Notes: generated from the letters alone by a model not told the origin. A stretch of 64,000 nucleotides of DNA from an uncultured Spirochaetota bacterium (GCA_963783575.1 CAWAOD010000016.1:128001-192000), one strand, 5' to 3'. Numbered from the stretch's first letter, positions 18,621-32,000 are shown. Program-made: numbers and translations.

Positions 18621-21188
18621 CTACCATTCCAACCAGAAGCCGATTGAAGGGATTATGCCGAAGAAGGCTTTTTGTTCGGTCACGATGGTATAATTGGTGT
18701 TATAAGAATAACCGGTAACCTGCAGGTCGTTGTAAACATTCTGAGCCTCCGCATAGAAACCGTATGGGAGATGGAACATCTCCCCCCTGTATTCCAATTT
18801 AAGGTTCAGGGTATGATAATCAGGAAGCTTTGCCGAGTTATAACCGGCAAAATTCGGAGTATAAGCCGTATTTGTTATAACATTAGAAACAATGTTTGTA
18901 ATGACCGTATGAGAAGTGCCCCCTGTAATTGGCGTATAATACGCTCCTGATTGAAGGCTGAACACTCCGGTTAATGACCAGTGCTTGCTAATATTCCAGA
19001 TTGCGGTGATATTCAGTTTATAATCTACCTGGTCGTCGCCTGTAAACCACTGATTTACCGGCGGATACGGTGTATTTACCGATGCCCCGGTCACACGGTT
19101 AGCGTCAACCATCTCCGAAATAAAATCGCTGCCAAGCCCGATCCAGCCATAAACAGGAAAATTACCGGGCTTCTGCATCCAGAAAATCTCATATCCATAG
19201 ACCTTTTCCTGCTCCCCGGAAGTGACATAGGTCAGCTGAAAATTGCTGCTTACATTGAGGACATTCCGGTAATCTTTAAAATATCCCTCAACTGTAAGGG
19301 ATGAAGATGGAAATACCTGCCACTGGTTCCCAATTACATATTGGTAGCATCCTGGAATATCAATATTGTTCCTGTTTGATTCAAGGCCCGAAACTACTGA
19401 CGGAGCTGTCGGGAATTGGGACATATATCCCCAGGCACCATAAATTTTTTCTCCCTTTATAATTTCATACTGAACTGTAATGCGAGGGTCAAAAGAGGTT
19501 TTATTGACAAAATCGACATAATTCGCCCGTAGACCGCCGAGAATAGAAAGCCTATTATCGAAAAAATAAGCTTCATCTTCAAGAAAAGCCGAATAAATAC
19601 CGAGATTCCCGTTATAACCGGAATCAATAAGATCTTTTGTTTCCTCCTGATGTGTAACCTGGTTTGTATAAAGTCTGTAAAACACATTTGTTGCAAATAA
19701 AGCTGGATAATAAATTATTTCTCCTCCCGGCCTGAGAACATTGTTGGGAAGGATGTTGATGTTAAGCATCGCTTTATAATGCATGTTATTGGCCGATGCA
19801 TTATTATAAGAGCTCATTAAATTGGTTGTGTTGTTTGTAGTTGTATTGGTAAAATAAAATCCCTGGTAGGAATCGCTGTAGGTTCCCTGAATATATTGCT
19901 CCAGTGATAAATTATTGTCAAAGGTATGTTTCCAGTGAAGGTTAAGCGTTCCTTCCGGATTGTAGCTTTGAGCCGATAATGAAAGGGATTGAAAAGGGTT
20001 TCCGGTCCTGCCGGGTGTATTTGTAGTTGCGAAATATATTTTTGTAGGTTCGTCTGAATATAACCAGATCAGCTGAAGTAGGTCATTTTTATCCTTATAT
20101 TGAATTTTGCCCTGTGAATCAAGATAGTATGGAAGTGAGATTGTCGTAGTTTCGATTCCCGGCTGGGTAAGATTTAGTAGAAGCATGCCTTCAAGGTCGT
20201 ATTGAGTCCTCCGGATACCTCCGGCAAAACTCCATTTACCGTCTTTAGTAGCGCCGTTTAATGTAAGATATGTGTTCAGAAGGCCGATATCAAGCTTCCC
20301 ATGGAATCCCTCATTACCGTCTATAAGGCTTACATCCAGCAGGCTGGACATAGCCTGGCCGTATTGCGGCGGAATGACGCCTTTATAAAGTGTCATCTCT
20401 TTCACCATATCTTCGATAAAAACCGAATCGGGAAAAAGTGTATGATAGGGATGATCAATCAATGTGCCGTCCATCAGTGCCATATTTTCGAGGCCTGTCC
20501 CGCCCCGGACTGAAATGCCGGAAAAATCACGATTCCCACCGAAAGATCCCCCCCCGGCTGTCCTGGTATTAGCCTGCTGTACACCGGGCATCTGGAGCAG
20601 TGTGCTGACTGGGTCTCCCGTAATAGATGTATCAACCTTCTCCTGGGTTTCCTTATCGATCACGTTTTTAGAAACGCTGCCTTTATCTTTTTCGCCTACA
20701 ACCTCAACTTCACCCAGAAATGCAGAACTTTGCGGGGTCAAATAAAATGTAAGATTTTGATTTTTTTGAAGCATTATTTCCCGGGATTCAACATAAAACC
20801 CGACACATCTGATTTCTACGGTATATGCTTCCTTTCCCAGATCTTCGAATAAAAAACTTCCGTCATTCTCAAGCTGAATATTATCAATCATATTAGTTCC
20901 CTTTTTTAAAAAAGCAAAGCCTGTGGTAATTATATCTTTGGTGTCGCGGTTCAATACCTTGCCTTTTATTTGAAAACCTGAACTTTGGACGTAAGCTGAT
21001 TGATTGGTCGTATTCTGTGCGTACTCAAAGCTTGAAAACCATATAAAAAGAAAAATAATAATTAAACCTTTGATTTTACTAATAAATTTCCCATAAGTAA
21101 TAAACCTGATTTTATTTTTTATACGGAAACCTTTAATAAAATCAGTAAAATAATTTATAATACCAGTCGGCATAATAAACTTCCTCAC
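18621..21188 (-). CDS. TonB-dependent outer-membrane receptor
   Basis: N-terminal carboxypeptidase-regulatory-like domain (IKGKVLNRDT..IRCVGF), plug (LQMPGV..SVRGG..DG..HPYH..KGVIPPQYGQ), barrel (GGLRANY, FDPRITV), terminal aromatic GFWLEW. Start codon uncertain. Confidence 0.9.
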   Translation of the reverse strand: MRKFIMPTGIINYFTDFIKGFRIKNKIRFITYGKFISKIKGLIIIFLFIWFSSFEYAQNTTNQSAYVQSSGFQIKGKVLNRDTKDIITTGFAFLKKGTNMIDNIQLENDGSFLFEDLGKEAYTVEIRCVGFYVESREIMLQKNQNLTFYLTPQSSAFLGEVEVVGEKDKGSVSKNVIDKETQEKVDTSITGDPVSTLLQMPGVQQANTRTAGGGSFGGNRDFSGISVRGGTGLENMALMDGTLIDHPYHTLFPDSVFIEDMVKEMTLYKGVIPPQYGQAMSSLLDVSLIDGNEGFHGKLDIGLLNTYLTLNGATKDGKWSFAGGIRRTQYDLEGMLLLNLTQPGIETTTISLPYYLDSQGKIQYKDKNDLLQLIWLYSDEPTKIYFATTNTPGRTGNPFQSLSLSAQSYNPEGTLNLHWKHTFDNNLSLEQYIQGTYSDSYQGFYFTNTTTNNTTNLMSSYNNASANNMHYKAMLNINILPNNVLRPGGEIIYYPALFATNVFYRLYTNQVTHQEETKDLIDSGYNGNLGIYSAFLEDEAYFFDNRLSILGGLRANYVDFVNKTSFDPRITVQYEIIKGEKIYGAWGYMSQFPTAPSVVSGLESNRNNIDIPGCYQYVIGNQWQVFPSSSLTVEGYFKDYRNVLNVSSNFQLTYVTSGEQEKVYGYEIFWMQKPGNFPVYGWIGLGSDFISEMVDANRVTGASVNTPYPPVNQWFTGDDQVDYKLNITAIWNISKHWSLTGVFSLQSGAYYTPITGGTSHTVITNIVSNVITNTAYTPNFAGYNSAKLPDYHTLNLKLEYRGEMFHLPYGFYAEAQNVYNDLQVTGYSYNTNYTIVTEQKAFFGIIPSIGFWLEW

Positions 21189-21538
21189 AGCCGTATGGAA
21201 ACTCCTTCGTTTTTCTTTCCGGCAAAAAACCGCTAATATTTAAAGTCCGGAAAGTGATAAAAAGATGCATTCTAACCTAAAACCTGTTTCTGTTGAGAGA
21301 AAAAAAGTCGTATACTAATAAAAATGTAATTCCTTATTTTATCATTATTAATTTTCGAATTAATAAAAATTAAAGTTGTAAACTTATAGCTTATTGTTAT
21401 TGAATTATGAGAAATTTCACCAAAAATTGAATAAAATAGTATTCTTCCCAGGACTATCCCATAGAGATATAATTAATTGAAATTTCACTAATGGTGCAAC
21501 ATTTTGCCTCTTTTGAAAGTCCATACACTCACATAACT

Positions 21539-21567
21539 ATTGTAATACGAACAAAACATCTTGTCAA
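21539..21567 (-). promoter_or_regulatory. sigma70-type promoter upstream of the TonB-dependent receptor
   Basis: Minus strand TTGACA-17 bp-TACAAT. Confidence 0.55.
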
Positions 21568-21592
21568 GACCATTTTTTGTTGAGTACAACTA

Positions 21593-21762
21593 AGAGTAAC
21601 TTTTTTGAGATAGCAACTCCGCCATCTGGAAGACGCCATTCCAGGAAGGGCAAACAACCTTAGCGCTAATTTTGATCAATTTTTCCCGAGTTGTCATCGT
21701 CCGGTACTGCAAAGTCTTAAGCAGCAGAGTCTGCTTTATGAAAGAATAAAGAGCTGTAGCCG
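21593..21762 (-). mobile_element. Degenerate IS1380-family transposase C-terminal remnant
   Basis: Manual minus-strand translation with shifts and stops gives RLQLFILS.. and MTT-REKLIKISAKVV..VFQMAE, resembling the IS1380-type tail (RLQLFALAYN...TTLREKLIKIGAKVV..FQMAEVA). Confidence 0.7.
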
Positions 21763-22215
21763 AAAATAGTTACCGATGAAGTAATGGCATGATTATCTCA
21801 TTCATTTCATAGTATTCTTACCTTCTTTGAAATACTGTTCAGCAGTGAATGGTTGTAAAAATGAATGTGATTTTATTGTTTATACCGAATTATTCTTTTG
21901 GCCTGATGAACTTTTAGTAACCTTAATTTTCATATCACTGTCTTTAGGCATTATATAAAGCCTTTCTTTGCATTGAACTTATCCAAATTTTTTCTATTGG
22001 GGCATGTTTGAGTTTTCAGCAAAATATTTTAAATACCTCTGATCTTAACTCTAATGATTCAATCGAGAATTTCTAATATTCAGAAATAAAGAAAAAAATG
22101 AATGAAAAAGTCTCTTAATGAAGTAACACTTCAATAAAGTAATTGCTGTTTACATAATATTATATAATCAAAGGGATCAAAACCACTTATTTCTTTAGTC
22201 TAAAGACAGTGATCA

Positions 22216-22866
22216 TCACTCATTCAATTCCAGGCTAATATTCTCAAAGTAGGTTTCGGAAGTTACAGTAACGGAAAAAGCCGAAATAAGTGTTAAAATC
22301 TTCTGTATAACGGGGATGCCTTGAAGCGTTAAATAAGTGATTTTTATCTCATAGGGATAATCCGTTTCATTGCCTTGATAAATAATCCCATCTATCGCTT
22401 TGAGCCCTTTATTATAGATTATGGTTAAAACCTTTTTTTCATTAATTTTATCTGCTTTCACAATTCCGCTAAATACAATATGACTATCCGTTTCACTTTC
22501 AGCCTTCAGCCGGTAACGGTTCAAAAAAGTAGCAAAATATAAATCTCCCATCTGTACAGGTTCTCCCGACACAGGCTTTTTTACGCCGTTAATCAGGGTA
22601 TCCCCGTTTGTTCTGATAATGATTACGACCCTCGAAGGAGAATCGATCCGATAGAGGGTGCCGTCATTCACAGAATATGAGAAAAAACCTTTCTGGTTAA
22701 GCACCTGTCCGGTTCCGGAAGTTTTGATAACAACATCTGCGTTTAAAGATTTAATCTTTCTCGAATAATACCGCAGATCCTGCATTACCTGTTCACCGGA
22801 ATAAGAAAATAAAATAGCCGGGAATATTGTTAAAACTATATACAAAACAATATTTTTATAAGTCAT
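22216..22866 (-). CDS. Exported protein with a probable LolA-like fold
   Basis: Signal peptide; IKSLNADVVIKT..KGFFSYS..RIDSPSRVVIII pattern and terminal YFENISL; AGGAG RBS before ATG 22866. Confidence 0.55.
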   Translation of the reverse strand: MTYKNIVLYIVLTIFPAILFSYSGEQVMQDLRYYSRKIKSLNADVVIKTSGTGQVLNQKGFFSYSVNDGTLYRIDSPSRVVIIIRTNGDTLINGVKKPVSGEPVQMGDLYFATFLNRYRLKAESETDSHIVFSGIVKADKINEKKVLTIIYNKGLKAIDGIIYQGNETDYPYEIKITYLTLQGIPVIQKILTLISAFSVTVTSETYFENISLELNE

Positions 22867-22922
22867 AACTCTCTCCTTCTCCATGTCCTTCAACATGCGT
22901 GCCGCTTGATCCGGGTATGATT

Positions 22923-23024
22923 CCCCGCAGTTTACGGAGTTTACCCCGAGCGAGCCGAGGGGCTACCTGTCAAGTTGGCTTCCTGCTATTCTACATTTAT
23001 AATACCCCGCATCTTACTGCGGGG
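22923..23024. repeat. REP-like palindromes between the giant gene and the LolA-like gene
   Basis: CCCCGCA-TCTTAC-TGCGGGG hairpin (23005-23024), a partial copy CCCCGCAGTTTAC (22923) and REP-like CCCCGAGCGAGCCGAGGGG (22944-22962). Confidence 0.6.
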
Positions 23025-23061
23025 AGAGTTTATTAAATGCGCCGCCTTCTATATCTCCTAT

Positions 23062-26000
23062 TTATTCTCTACCTTCTTCCCAGTCATCATCATTCCTTTT
23101 ACCGGTCACATCCTCATAAATCCTGAGTTCATCCAGGTAGAAATATTCCTTTGGGTTGAACGAGTCAGTTTCACTGAATCCAAAGTATAGTTTTCCATTT
23201 TTATCCGAATAAACGGACTGATTTGTCCTGGTAAAAAAGGTTTGCTTTAAAATATCATCAATGTAAAATTGAATATAGGGTGTATTGCCGGAAGAAGATA
23301 AATCGTAATTCACCCTGATCCTGTGCCAGTTTTGATGGTGATCATCATCATGATCTTTCCCATCTTTATCATCTGCTCCGTCATCATTGTTTGTCAAATA
23401 ATAATTTGTCTGGCCCAGACCAATTGAAATACCGTACCTGGGATCCAGGTAAATGCTGAAGAGGGAAGTGGTATCACTCCTTATCTCAAACAGGGTCATT
23501 CTGGCCGACGGTTTCATGCTGTTATCCGGGAGATTATCCTGCATCATAAACTCAATCGAGGATTTGACCGGATTTATCAATTCATTGGTAGCCATACCGT
23601 AGATAATACCGGGTGAATAATCCTTATGCGCCGTAATCCCAAGGTAATGGTCGCTGAATATATAATAGGGCTCATTGGTAAGGTTCGGTTCCCACTTCCA
23701 GTCCTTTCCATAAGGAACATATGAACAATCGTAATATTCAAAGCCGGAATAGAGCAGGAGGGTTTGTTCATAATCCTTAACAATATTGAATGCAACCTGG
23801 TTGGTCGAATGGTTCCCGGCTTCGTCTTCAGCATAAACCAATAACTGGTAATTTCCTGAATTGGTAATAATCCAGTTGGTATAAAGGATCCATTTTTCAT
23901 CGCTTTTTTTCAGGTATTCTTCAAATACAGGTTTTACCGTAAAATCATCTTTTACCGAAACCACCGGAGAAACGGATAAATAATTGTGTTTATCGATGAC
24001 ATTAATGATATTGATCTTCGGAGGTTTCTTGTCGATAACAAATTCCCTGTAAACCGAAGCGATGTTGGTGTAAATGTCCTCGGCATAAATGTTAAGAATG
24101 TGATTCCCTTCCGTATTTATTATAGCGGTTGCTTGTCCATTCATCAAACCATACAGCTTCCCATCTATGGAGACTGTCGTATTGGACAGCGATAGATTCG
24201 GGTCATCGATCTGGACAGTTAAGTATATATCATTGCTATAATACTTCTTTTCGGTTAATCCGCTTACCGAGATTGAAGGAGGTGTGGTATCATGGAGAAG
24301 GAATTCCTTAACAACATCCGTCTCATTTCCGGCTTTGTCCACAGCTCTGACAGAGAAGATATAACTGCCGGCCATTGTTATTTTCACCGAATTCGCCGTT
24401 AAAGGCATACCGTTTAAAAACGCCTCTGTTTCCGAGATATTTTCATCCAAAACGGCATAGCTGAATTCAACCGGCTTAAAGAATTCCTCAGAATCCAGGC
24501 CTGTGACCGTAATCACCGGTTTTGTCTTATCAATAACAAATGACAGGTTTACCCGGTTTGTATGATTGACAACATCCCAGGCGGCCGCCTCAATCCGGTG
24601 GATACCTTCGTTGGTTACCATGCAGAGGCCGTTTCCATTGGTTTTTTGATCTATGACGATCAAACTCCCTGACAGATTAGCGTCCGCTGCGAACATATTT
24701 ACTGAGACATCCGTATTATAGTACTTATTATTAATCGCGCCGTCGATTTGTATCGCAGGCGCAGTTTTGTCTATTATAAATTCCTTTTCTGTTTCGCTGC
24801 AATTGCTAAATATATCTCCGGCATAGACTGCCAGGTGGTGGGTTCCTTCCTGAGTAACGGCCGTGACGAATGTTGTCCCGTTAAGAATATTGGTTTTTCC
24901 GTCTATCACAGCGCAGCACGCGCTTCCCGACAGATTTGCATCGGATACCCTGATTGAAAGGTTAACATCATTTCCGTAATATTTTCCGTTATCAAGCCCC
25001 GAAATGGTAATCTCCGGAGGTATGGAATCGATCACGATGAAATTTTTCGTTAAGACGGCTTCATTGCCCGCCTTATCCTGGGCATCGATCGTAAGGGTGT
25101 AATTTCCGGCTTTCGTTACGGAATAAATGTTTGTCGATAAAACCTGGTTATTTAATGCGGCGGTTATTGCTGAGAGATTATCATCGGCCGCCGTATAACC
25201 TAATTGCACGGTATTGGAATAAACGGTTGCTTCCAAACCTGTGACCGTAATCACCGGTTTTGTCTTATCAATAACAAATGACAGGTTTACCCGGTTTGTA
25301 TGATTGACAACATCCCAGGCGGCCGCCTCAATCCGGTGGATACCTTCGTTGGTTACCATGCAGAGGCCGTTTCCATTGGTTTTTTGATCTATGACGATCA
25401 AACTCCCTGACAGATTAGCGTCCGCTGCGAACATATTTACTGAGACATCCGTATTATAGTACTTATTATTCACCGCACCGTCGATTTGTATTGCAGGCGC
25501 AGTTTTGTCTATTATAAATTCCTTTTCTGTTTCGCTGCAATTACTAAATATATCTCCGGCATAGACCGCCAGGTGGTGGGTTCCTTCCTGAGTAACGGCC
25601 GTGACGAATGTTGTCCCGTTAAGAATATTGGTCTTTCCGTCTATCACAGCGCAGCACGTGCTTCCCGACAGATTTGCATCGGATACCCTGATTGACAGGT
25701 TAACATCATTTCCGTAATATTTCCCGTTATCAAGCCCCGAAATGGTAATCTCCGGAGGTATGGAATCGATCACGATGAAATTTTTCGTTAAGACGGCTTC
25801 ATTGCCCGCCTTATCCTGGGCATCGATCGTAAGGGTGTAATTTCCGGCTTTCGTTATGGAATAAATGTTTGTCGATAAAACCTGGTTATTTAATGCGGCG
25901 GTTATTGCTGAGAGATTATCATCGGCTGCCGTATAACCTAATTGCACGGCATTGGAATAAACGGTTGCATCCAAACCTGTGACCGTAATAACCGGTTTTG

Positions 26001-29000
26001 TCTTATCGATAACAAAAGAGAGGCTTGCCGTATTAGTATGATTTACTTTATCCCAGGCAATTGCCAGAATTTGCTGTTTTCCGGACCCCGATACGGTGAA
26101 CTGACCTGTCGGGACGGTTATTCCATTTAAATAAACGGAACTTCCAGCCGGGTTGTCTTCAAGGATATTAACGGATATTGTTTTATCCGAATTATAAAAA
26201 TTTCCTTCCTCGGCACCAGTAATCCCTATAACAGGAGCTGTCCGGTCTATTACGAATATCCTGTCGATGACGGTTGTATTACTGTAAGAGTCCTCTGCAT
26301 GAATGAGCAAATGATGAGAACCTTCCAGGTTAATATTGGTGGAAAACGGAATGCTGGTAAGATAATAGATTTTACCGTCTATTGAAGCATAAGTGGCGCT
26401 TTCCAGGAGATTTTCATCCCAGACTGAAATGCTTAAACTTATGTCATTGCTGTAATATTGATCCGGTTTTAAACCTTTTAATGTTACGACAGGGGCGATA
26501 TTGTCGCTCCCGCCGGTATTTACGGTGAATGTTTTAAAGTATTCACTTGAATTTCCGGCTTTATCGACCGCTTTAACCGACAGATTGTAACTGCCGCTTG
26601 CACTGATTTTGTAATGGTTCGTACCTAGAGCCTGGCCGTTAAGCTGTGCATCGACTTTATCCAGATTAACATCGGAAACCAGGTATCCGAATTCAACCGA
26701 GCTTGTGTAATTTGTTTCAGATAATCCTGAAACGTCTATCTCAGGCTTAGTCTTATCAATAGTAAATGTAAATAATACGCTGTTAGTATTCATGAAAGTA
26801 TCACTTGCGGTCACTTCAAGGGTATGAACACCTTCGGCCGAAACCGTAAATGAATTTGTTTCAATAATAGCGCTGTCCATAACAACCCGGCTTGAATCAA
26901 GGTGCGCATCCGTTGATTTCACAGTAATTACAGCATTATTGCTGTAATAATGAGCATCTTCAATTCCCGTAACGCTTATGACTGGAGCGTTCGTATCTAT
27001 TACGATAGCAAGAGGCGGAATTTTCCCTCCGTCGTTAGTAGTATCGCACACTTCGATGAAGAGGTAATAGGGTTTACTGAAATTCCCGCTGAACCGTTCA
27101 TTCGTCCCATATTCTTCACGGTATAGATACCCATTATTGGCATTGTCCTCCGATATTGCGGCAATAAAGTAAAATCCCTTCTTTAATTCAACCGGTTTCT
27201 CAAAGCCGCTGTAAACAAAATCTTTATCAAGTATATCCTTGTCCCACCTGAACCCGGTGATATCCTGCACATCATAGTCGAAATCATGCCATCTCCATCT
27301 CCAGGCGTCATTGACAACATCTCTGTAATGGGACTCATCCACTTTTGCAATATCATACCAAACCTTTCTGATTCCGGAAGATACACCATTCACGGCAGGG
27401 TCTTCTCCGCTCATAAGGAGGATCGAGTTGGTCAAAGTTTTAAATACGTTATTCGTCAATTTACCATTGCCGATGGTGAAATTGATCACGGGTTTTGTGC
27501 TGTCCGCCAGACCTATTCCGGAATCTTGCCTGAAATTTCCCTTGCCGTCTTTATACTCGGCTTTAACCAGATATATTCCGTCATTTAATCTTTCAGTACT
27601 GCCATAATGTGGGGTTTCACCGATATATTCCCACAGTTCACTCCGTTTGTTGTAATTCCTGTCATTATACAGGCCTAACCAGTCTTCAGGTACGAAGGAA
27701 AGCTTGGTGCTGTCAAGCGGCAGGTAATCCAGCTTTTTCTTTGCCCTTTCGTCCGAATGAAATTTGACATCGAAAGGTATAGCTTGACTGTAGAAATTTG
27801 TTGCCGGCCTGACTATTTCGATCAGGTCATCCAGGGTATTGGTGATGGTCATCCAGTTACCTGGCATTCCGTAATCGCTCCATGCCCTTACTTTAGCGGT
27901 TATATTAAGTGCCTGGCCGGCTGTCAATTTGATATTGCTCAATATTGTATGGTTGGCGGAAATATTTTGAACCTGCCCGGAAACCGAGAATTCATAATTC
28001 CCGGCAGGCACATTATTCAAGTCCTTCCATTCATAAATTATATTCGTATGATTCAATACCAGGCTTGTAAAGTTCGTAATACCCGGTTCACTGTTATTGA
28101 TTTTAACTGTATAATAATGAATATCCTCATTGTTCCCGATTTTATCTATTGCCCGGAAACTGAAATCGTGGAGTCCATCATCAATGAATTTAAGCGGTAC
28201 GGTATAAGTTATCCATTCATCATTGTCGATGCGGTACTCTATCTTGTCAACTCCCGAAACGTAACCGTCGTATTCACCCATATCATCCTTTGCATCGAGC
28301 ACAATCGTTACATTGGAATTCGCCAGTATCATACTTCCGTTAGTGGTAAAATCACCACGGAGTGCTATCCAGCTTACGGGCGGCGTTGTGTCGGGAAGCG
28401 GGATGTTTACATAGTCTGTTACAGCGCTTTCGTTACTAACCAGATCCATAGCATTGAAAACAATTTCATACAATCCTTTGCTGTAAATCCCCAGGTCACT
28501 GAAAGAAATCCCGTTACCGTTTGTGTAATATGTATAAAAATTTGTTTCGATAAAAATATTATTGCTGATGCCCCTTATGGACAGTATAATTCTCTCAATG
28601 CCGCTGTCTTCCTTAATATCCGCGTTAAACCGGTTCGCCGGTGAAATATATTTTTCACCCATAATGTTCATGGGTTCTATCAAATTCGATGTGTAAACGA
28701 CCTTTAAAACAGGAGCTATACCGTCAATAAATATGTCCATTGAATTTGTAGCCCAGTTGTCCACATCATCCACACCGGCATCGTAAAGGGTATAAAATCC
28801 GTTTGTGTAACCGTAAAAAGGTATGACATCGCCTTTGGTATAATCTTTCAGAACAGGCTCCGTACCTCTCGGTACTATGCTATAGTATAAGCCTTTCAAA
28901 TCCGGATCATCGGAATAAATTGAAACGCCCGCGTTTGTACTTACAAAGAAGCTGTATTTTGTTAAGTTTGTTTGTGTATGAGCCGGTATATTTTCGATAT

Positions 29001-32000
29001 TGGTTGTGACGGTGAAATTGAGATTTGAAATACTGCCGGGGTCGAGGCCTGATAAATCAGGAAGATTGGTGAAGTAAGTTCCGCCCAAATATATGTTATA
29101 GTTTGTACTGGAGTAGGCCGCAATGTTTGTGACGGTAAAATCGAACTTGAGTGACTGGCTGCCGCTGAAAGTCTGGTTCACAAGGGGAGGAGTATTATCC
29201 ACCAGAAGATTGGTCGTAAATATGGCGGTATTCGATGCGCTGTCAACAAGCTTAAACTCTAATATTTTCATTCCATCATAATCAGCCGTATAAACATAAT
29301 TCTGATTCAGCTGGTTCGTGTCTGTCCGGTTCGTTTCGGAACTGCACATCCAGTTTCCATCGTAAATGGAATAAATTGAGCGGTCCAACCGGTAATTATC
29401 GCTGTAGTTTAAAGATATAACGCTATGGTTGACCGAGGGGCTGTTCTGCGAAATCTTAACGGCAGAGAGCGTAACGTCATTGATTTGCGGAGGCATACTG
29501 TCTATTGTGATTGTAAAATCATAATTCGTGATGTTTCCGGTAAAATCACAAACGGATAATCTTGCGTTGTATGTTCCATCGCTGAAATATGAACCGTCTT
29601 TTTGCTTACCGTCCCAGGAAAGTGTTATGTCTCCTTGCGTATTAGTCGAACAAAGCATTTCCTGATAACCGTTACCGGGTCCTTCAATCGACAAATGGCT
29701 CACCACCAGGTTGGTGATATCATTTGCGTCATTTACCGCGTTATATTCCATAAAAATCCGGCTGATGCCAGGGGAGAGCGTCCTGGAGATGCTTTTTACA
29801 GCCAGGGCAGGCGGATATATATCGTTCCTGACTTTGACAACCCCGGAATATGAAATGGATCCATTACTTACACTGTCGATCGCCGTTACTTTCAACCGGT
29901 AATCGCCCTGGAGCAGGGGTACGCCGCCCACTTTGCCGTCCCAGTAATAATCCCAGGCATTATCAGAAATACCATTGGAAGCGATGACTGCGGTTTGATA
30001 AACACCGGCATAATTGGTCCCTTCTATCTCCACTTTTTGTACCCTGATTTTTTCATCATTGGTTATTTTAATCCAGAGAAGAGAATTTTCCATCGTAGAA
30101 GAATAGATTTCCGGCTGCGCTTCAACATAAATAAAGGGCGGAGTCCTGTCTACAATAACATTAGTTGTAAAAATAGATGTATTGCCAGCAGCATCCAAAG
30201 ACTGAATCCGTATGGTATTAGTGCCTTCAGGAAGTAAATCGCTGTTTATTATTATATTTGTAGTCCCGGATTTATCAATAAATCCTCCCGCCTTCTCTGA
30301 ATCTGAAGATAGCGTATAATTTATGCTATGAGTGTCGGAAACCGTGAATTCGATTTGCATCAACCCCTTCACCTTCAAATCGCCGGGGAAGGCTGTTCCA
30401 AAGGTATTGTTACCATCTATCCGGTTTAGCTGAACTGCAGGCGGTGTGTTATCAATGTCGAGCGGAAGAGATGTCCGATTGATGTTACCGGCCTTATCGG
30501 AGGCCTCAAGTATAAATTCGAATGTCCCGTTCAGCATTGCTTTTGCCGTGTCAAACGAGCAAACGTATCTATCGATAAAACTGCTATCCATCAGATTACT
30601 TGTAATAGTTATCTCTGTGCCGTTTGTATAATAAATCCTGTATTTCAACGGATTCTGGTCATTAATAGTAACATAAAAATCAATATTTCCGGCTAATACC
30701 GCATCATTTCTGTCCGGCCTGAAAGATAAAGCCGGCACTATGTTGTCAATAATTACCTTTCTGTAATCGGAGGAAATATTCCCTGCCCAGTCTTCGGCAT
30801 TCAGGGTTATGGTATGTTCGCCATCCGGAACCTTACCGGAGGTTGTATCGATATCTGCGGTTACAGCGTTGGAATTATTATTTAAAATCCCGGATTGTAC
30901 AATCTCTCCATCCAGCAGTATATTCCAGGATTTTGGGTAATTATCAAGAATATTTCCTTTGAGTGTAAATGTTCCGCCGCATACCCCGTTGTTATCGGGG
31001 CTTGTAATCACCGTCAAAGGCGGTTCCCTATCGACAATAATGGAAATATTGGTCGTATTGGTATTGCCCGCTATGTCTGCAGCCTGAATGATTAATGTGT
31101 ATTGCCCGTTATCGTTCAAACCGGTAAAATCATTCTCAAAATCGATGCTAAACCGGTTTGTGGCAAGATTTTCGCCGGTGTATTTTTGATAACGGCCGCT
31201 GCCGTTTATTCCAATCTCGTAGTAAGCCAGGCTGTCGTTATCGCTTAAGTCCGCCGAAACCCGGAGCTTGTTCTGGATACCGCCGGTTATTATGTTCCTG
31301 ATTTCCGGCGGGTTGTTGTCCACCATAAACGGCTGGTCGATTATGTTTGTGTTTCCCGCTTTGTCGAATGCAATGAGCCGCATTGTATAAAGGCCGTTAA
31401 GATTAGCGCAGTTCCATGCTACCGTACCTGAATAATCCGGGATCAACCCCGAAATGTTTTGTATCAGGTTAAATTTGCCGTCTTGATCTATCCAGCCGGC
31501 CTGAGCCCCGTCAATATTAGCGTCCTGGATCACCACAGGTATTCTGGAAACCGCCGTTAAAGACGAAAGCCTTCCATTACCGGCAATGATATCCGCGAAA
31601 GGCTTCGCGTTATCCACAAGAAATTTTAGTGTTTTTTCATTAGTATTTCCGGCTATGTCATATGCGGTGAGCCTCAGCTCAAAGCCGTCCGCGGGGGCCA
31701 GAGGCGCAGACGTGTTGACGCCGTATGTATCGTAAGCCCCGATCTGCCCGGATTCAATGGGATTGTTCCCCTTTGCTATCCTTTCTTCAATGCCAGTCTG
31801 ATCATTTTTCAGGTAGAGTTCATAACCGGTGAGATGCTCGTCTTGAATTCCTCCGGAAATGTCCAGCATTCCCCGCACAATCTGGTTCTGTCCCGGATTG
31901 GCGATGGTCAGGGACGGCAGAATGTTGTCTACAGTAAAACTGACAGCTCTCTTGACAGTAAAGGTCTTGCCCGCACAGTTCGCGGTAAATTCGAGCGTGT

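Noticed and set aside
27757..28644. Long antisense ORFs over the giant gene (e.g. 295 aa) and other shadow ORFs in the track
   Set aside because: Opposite-strand by-products of codon bias; no RBS or motifs.
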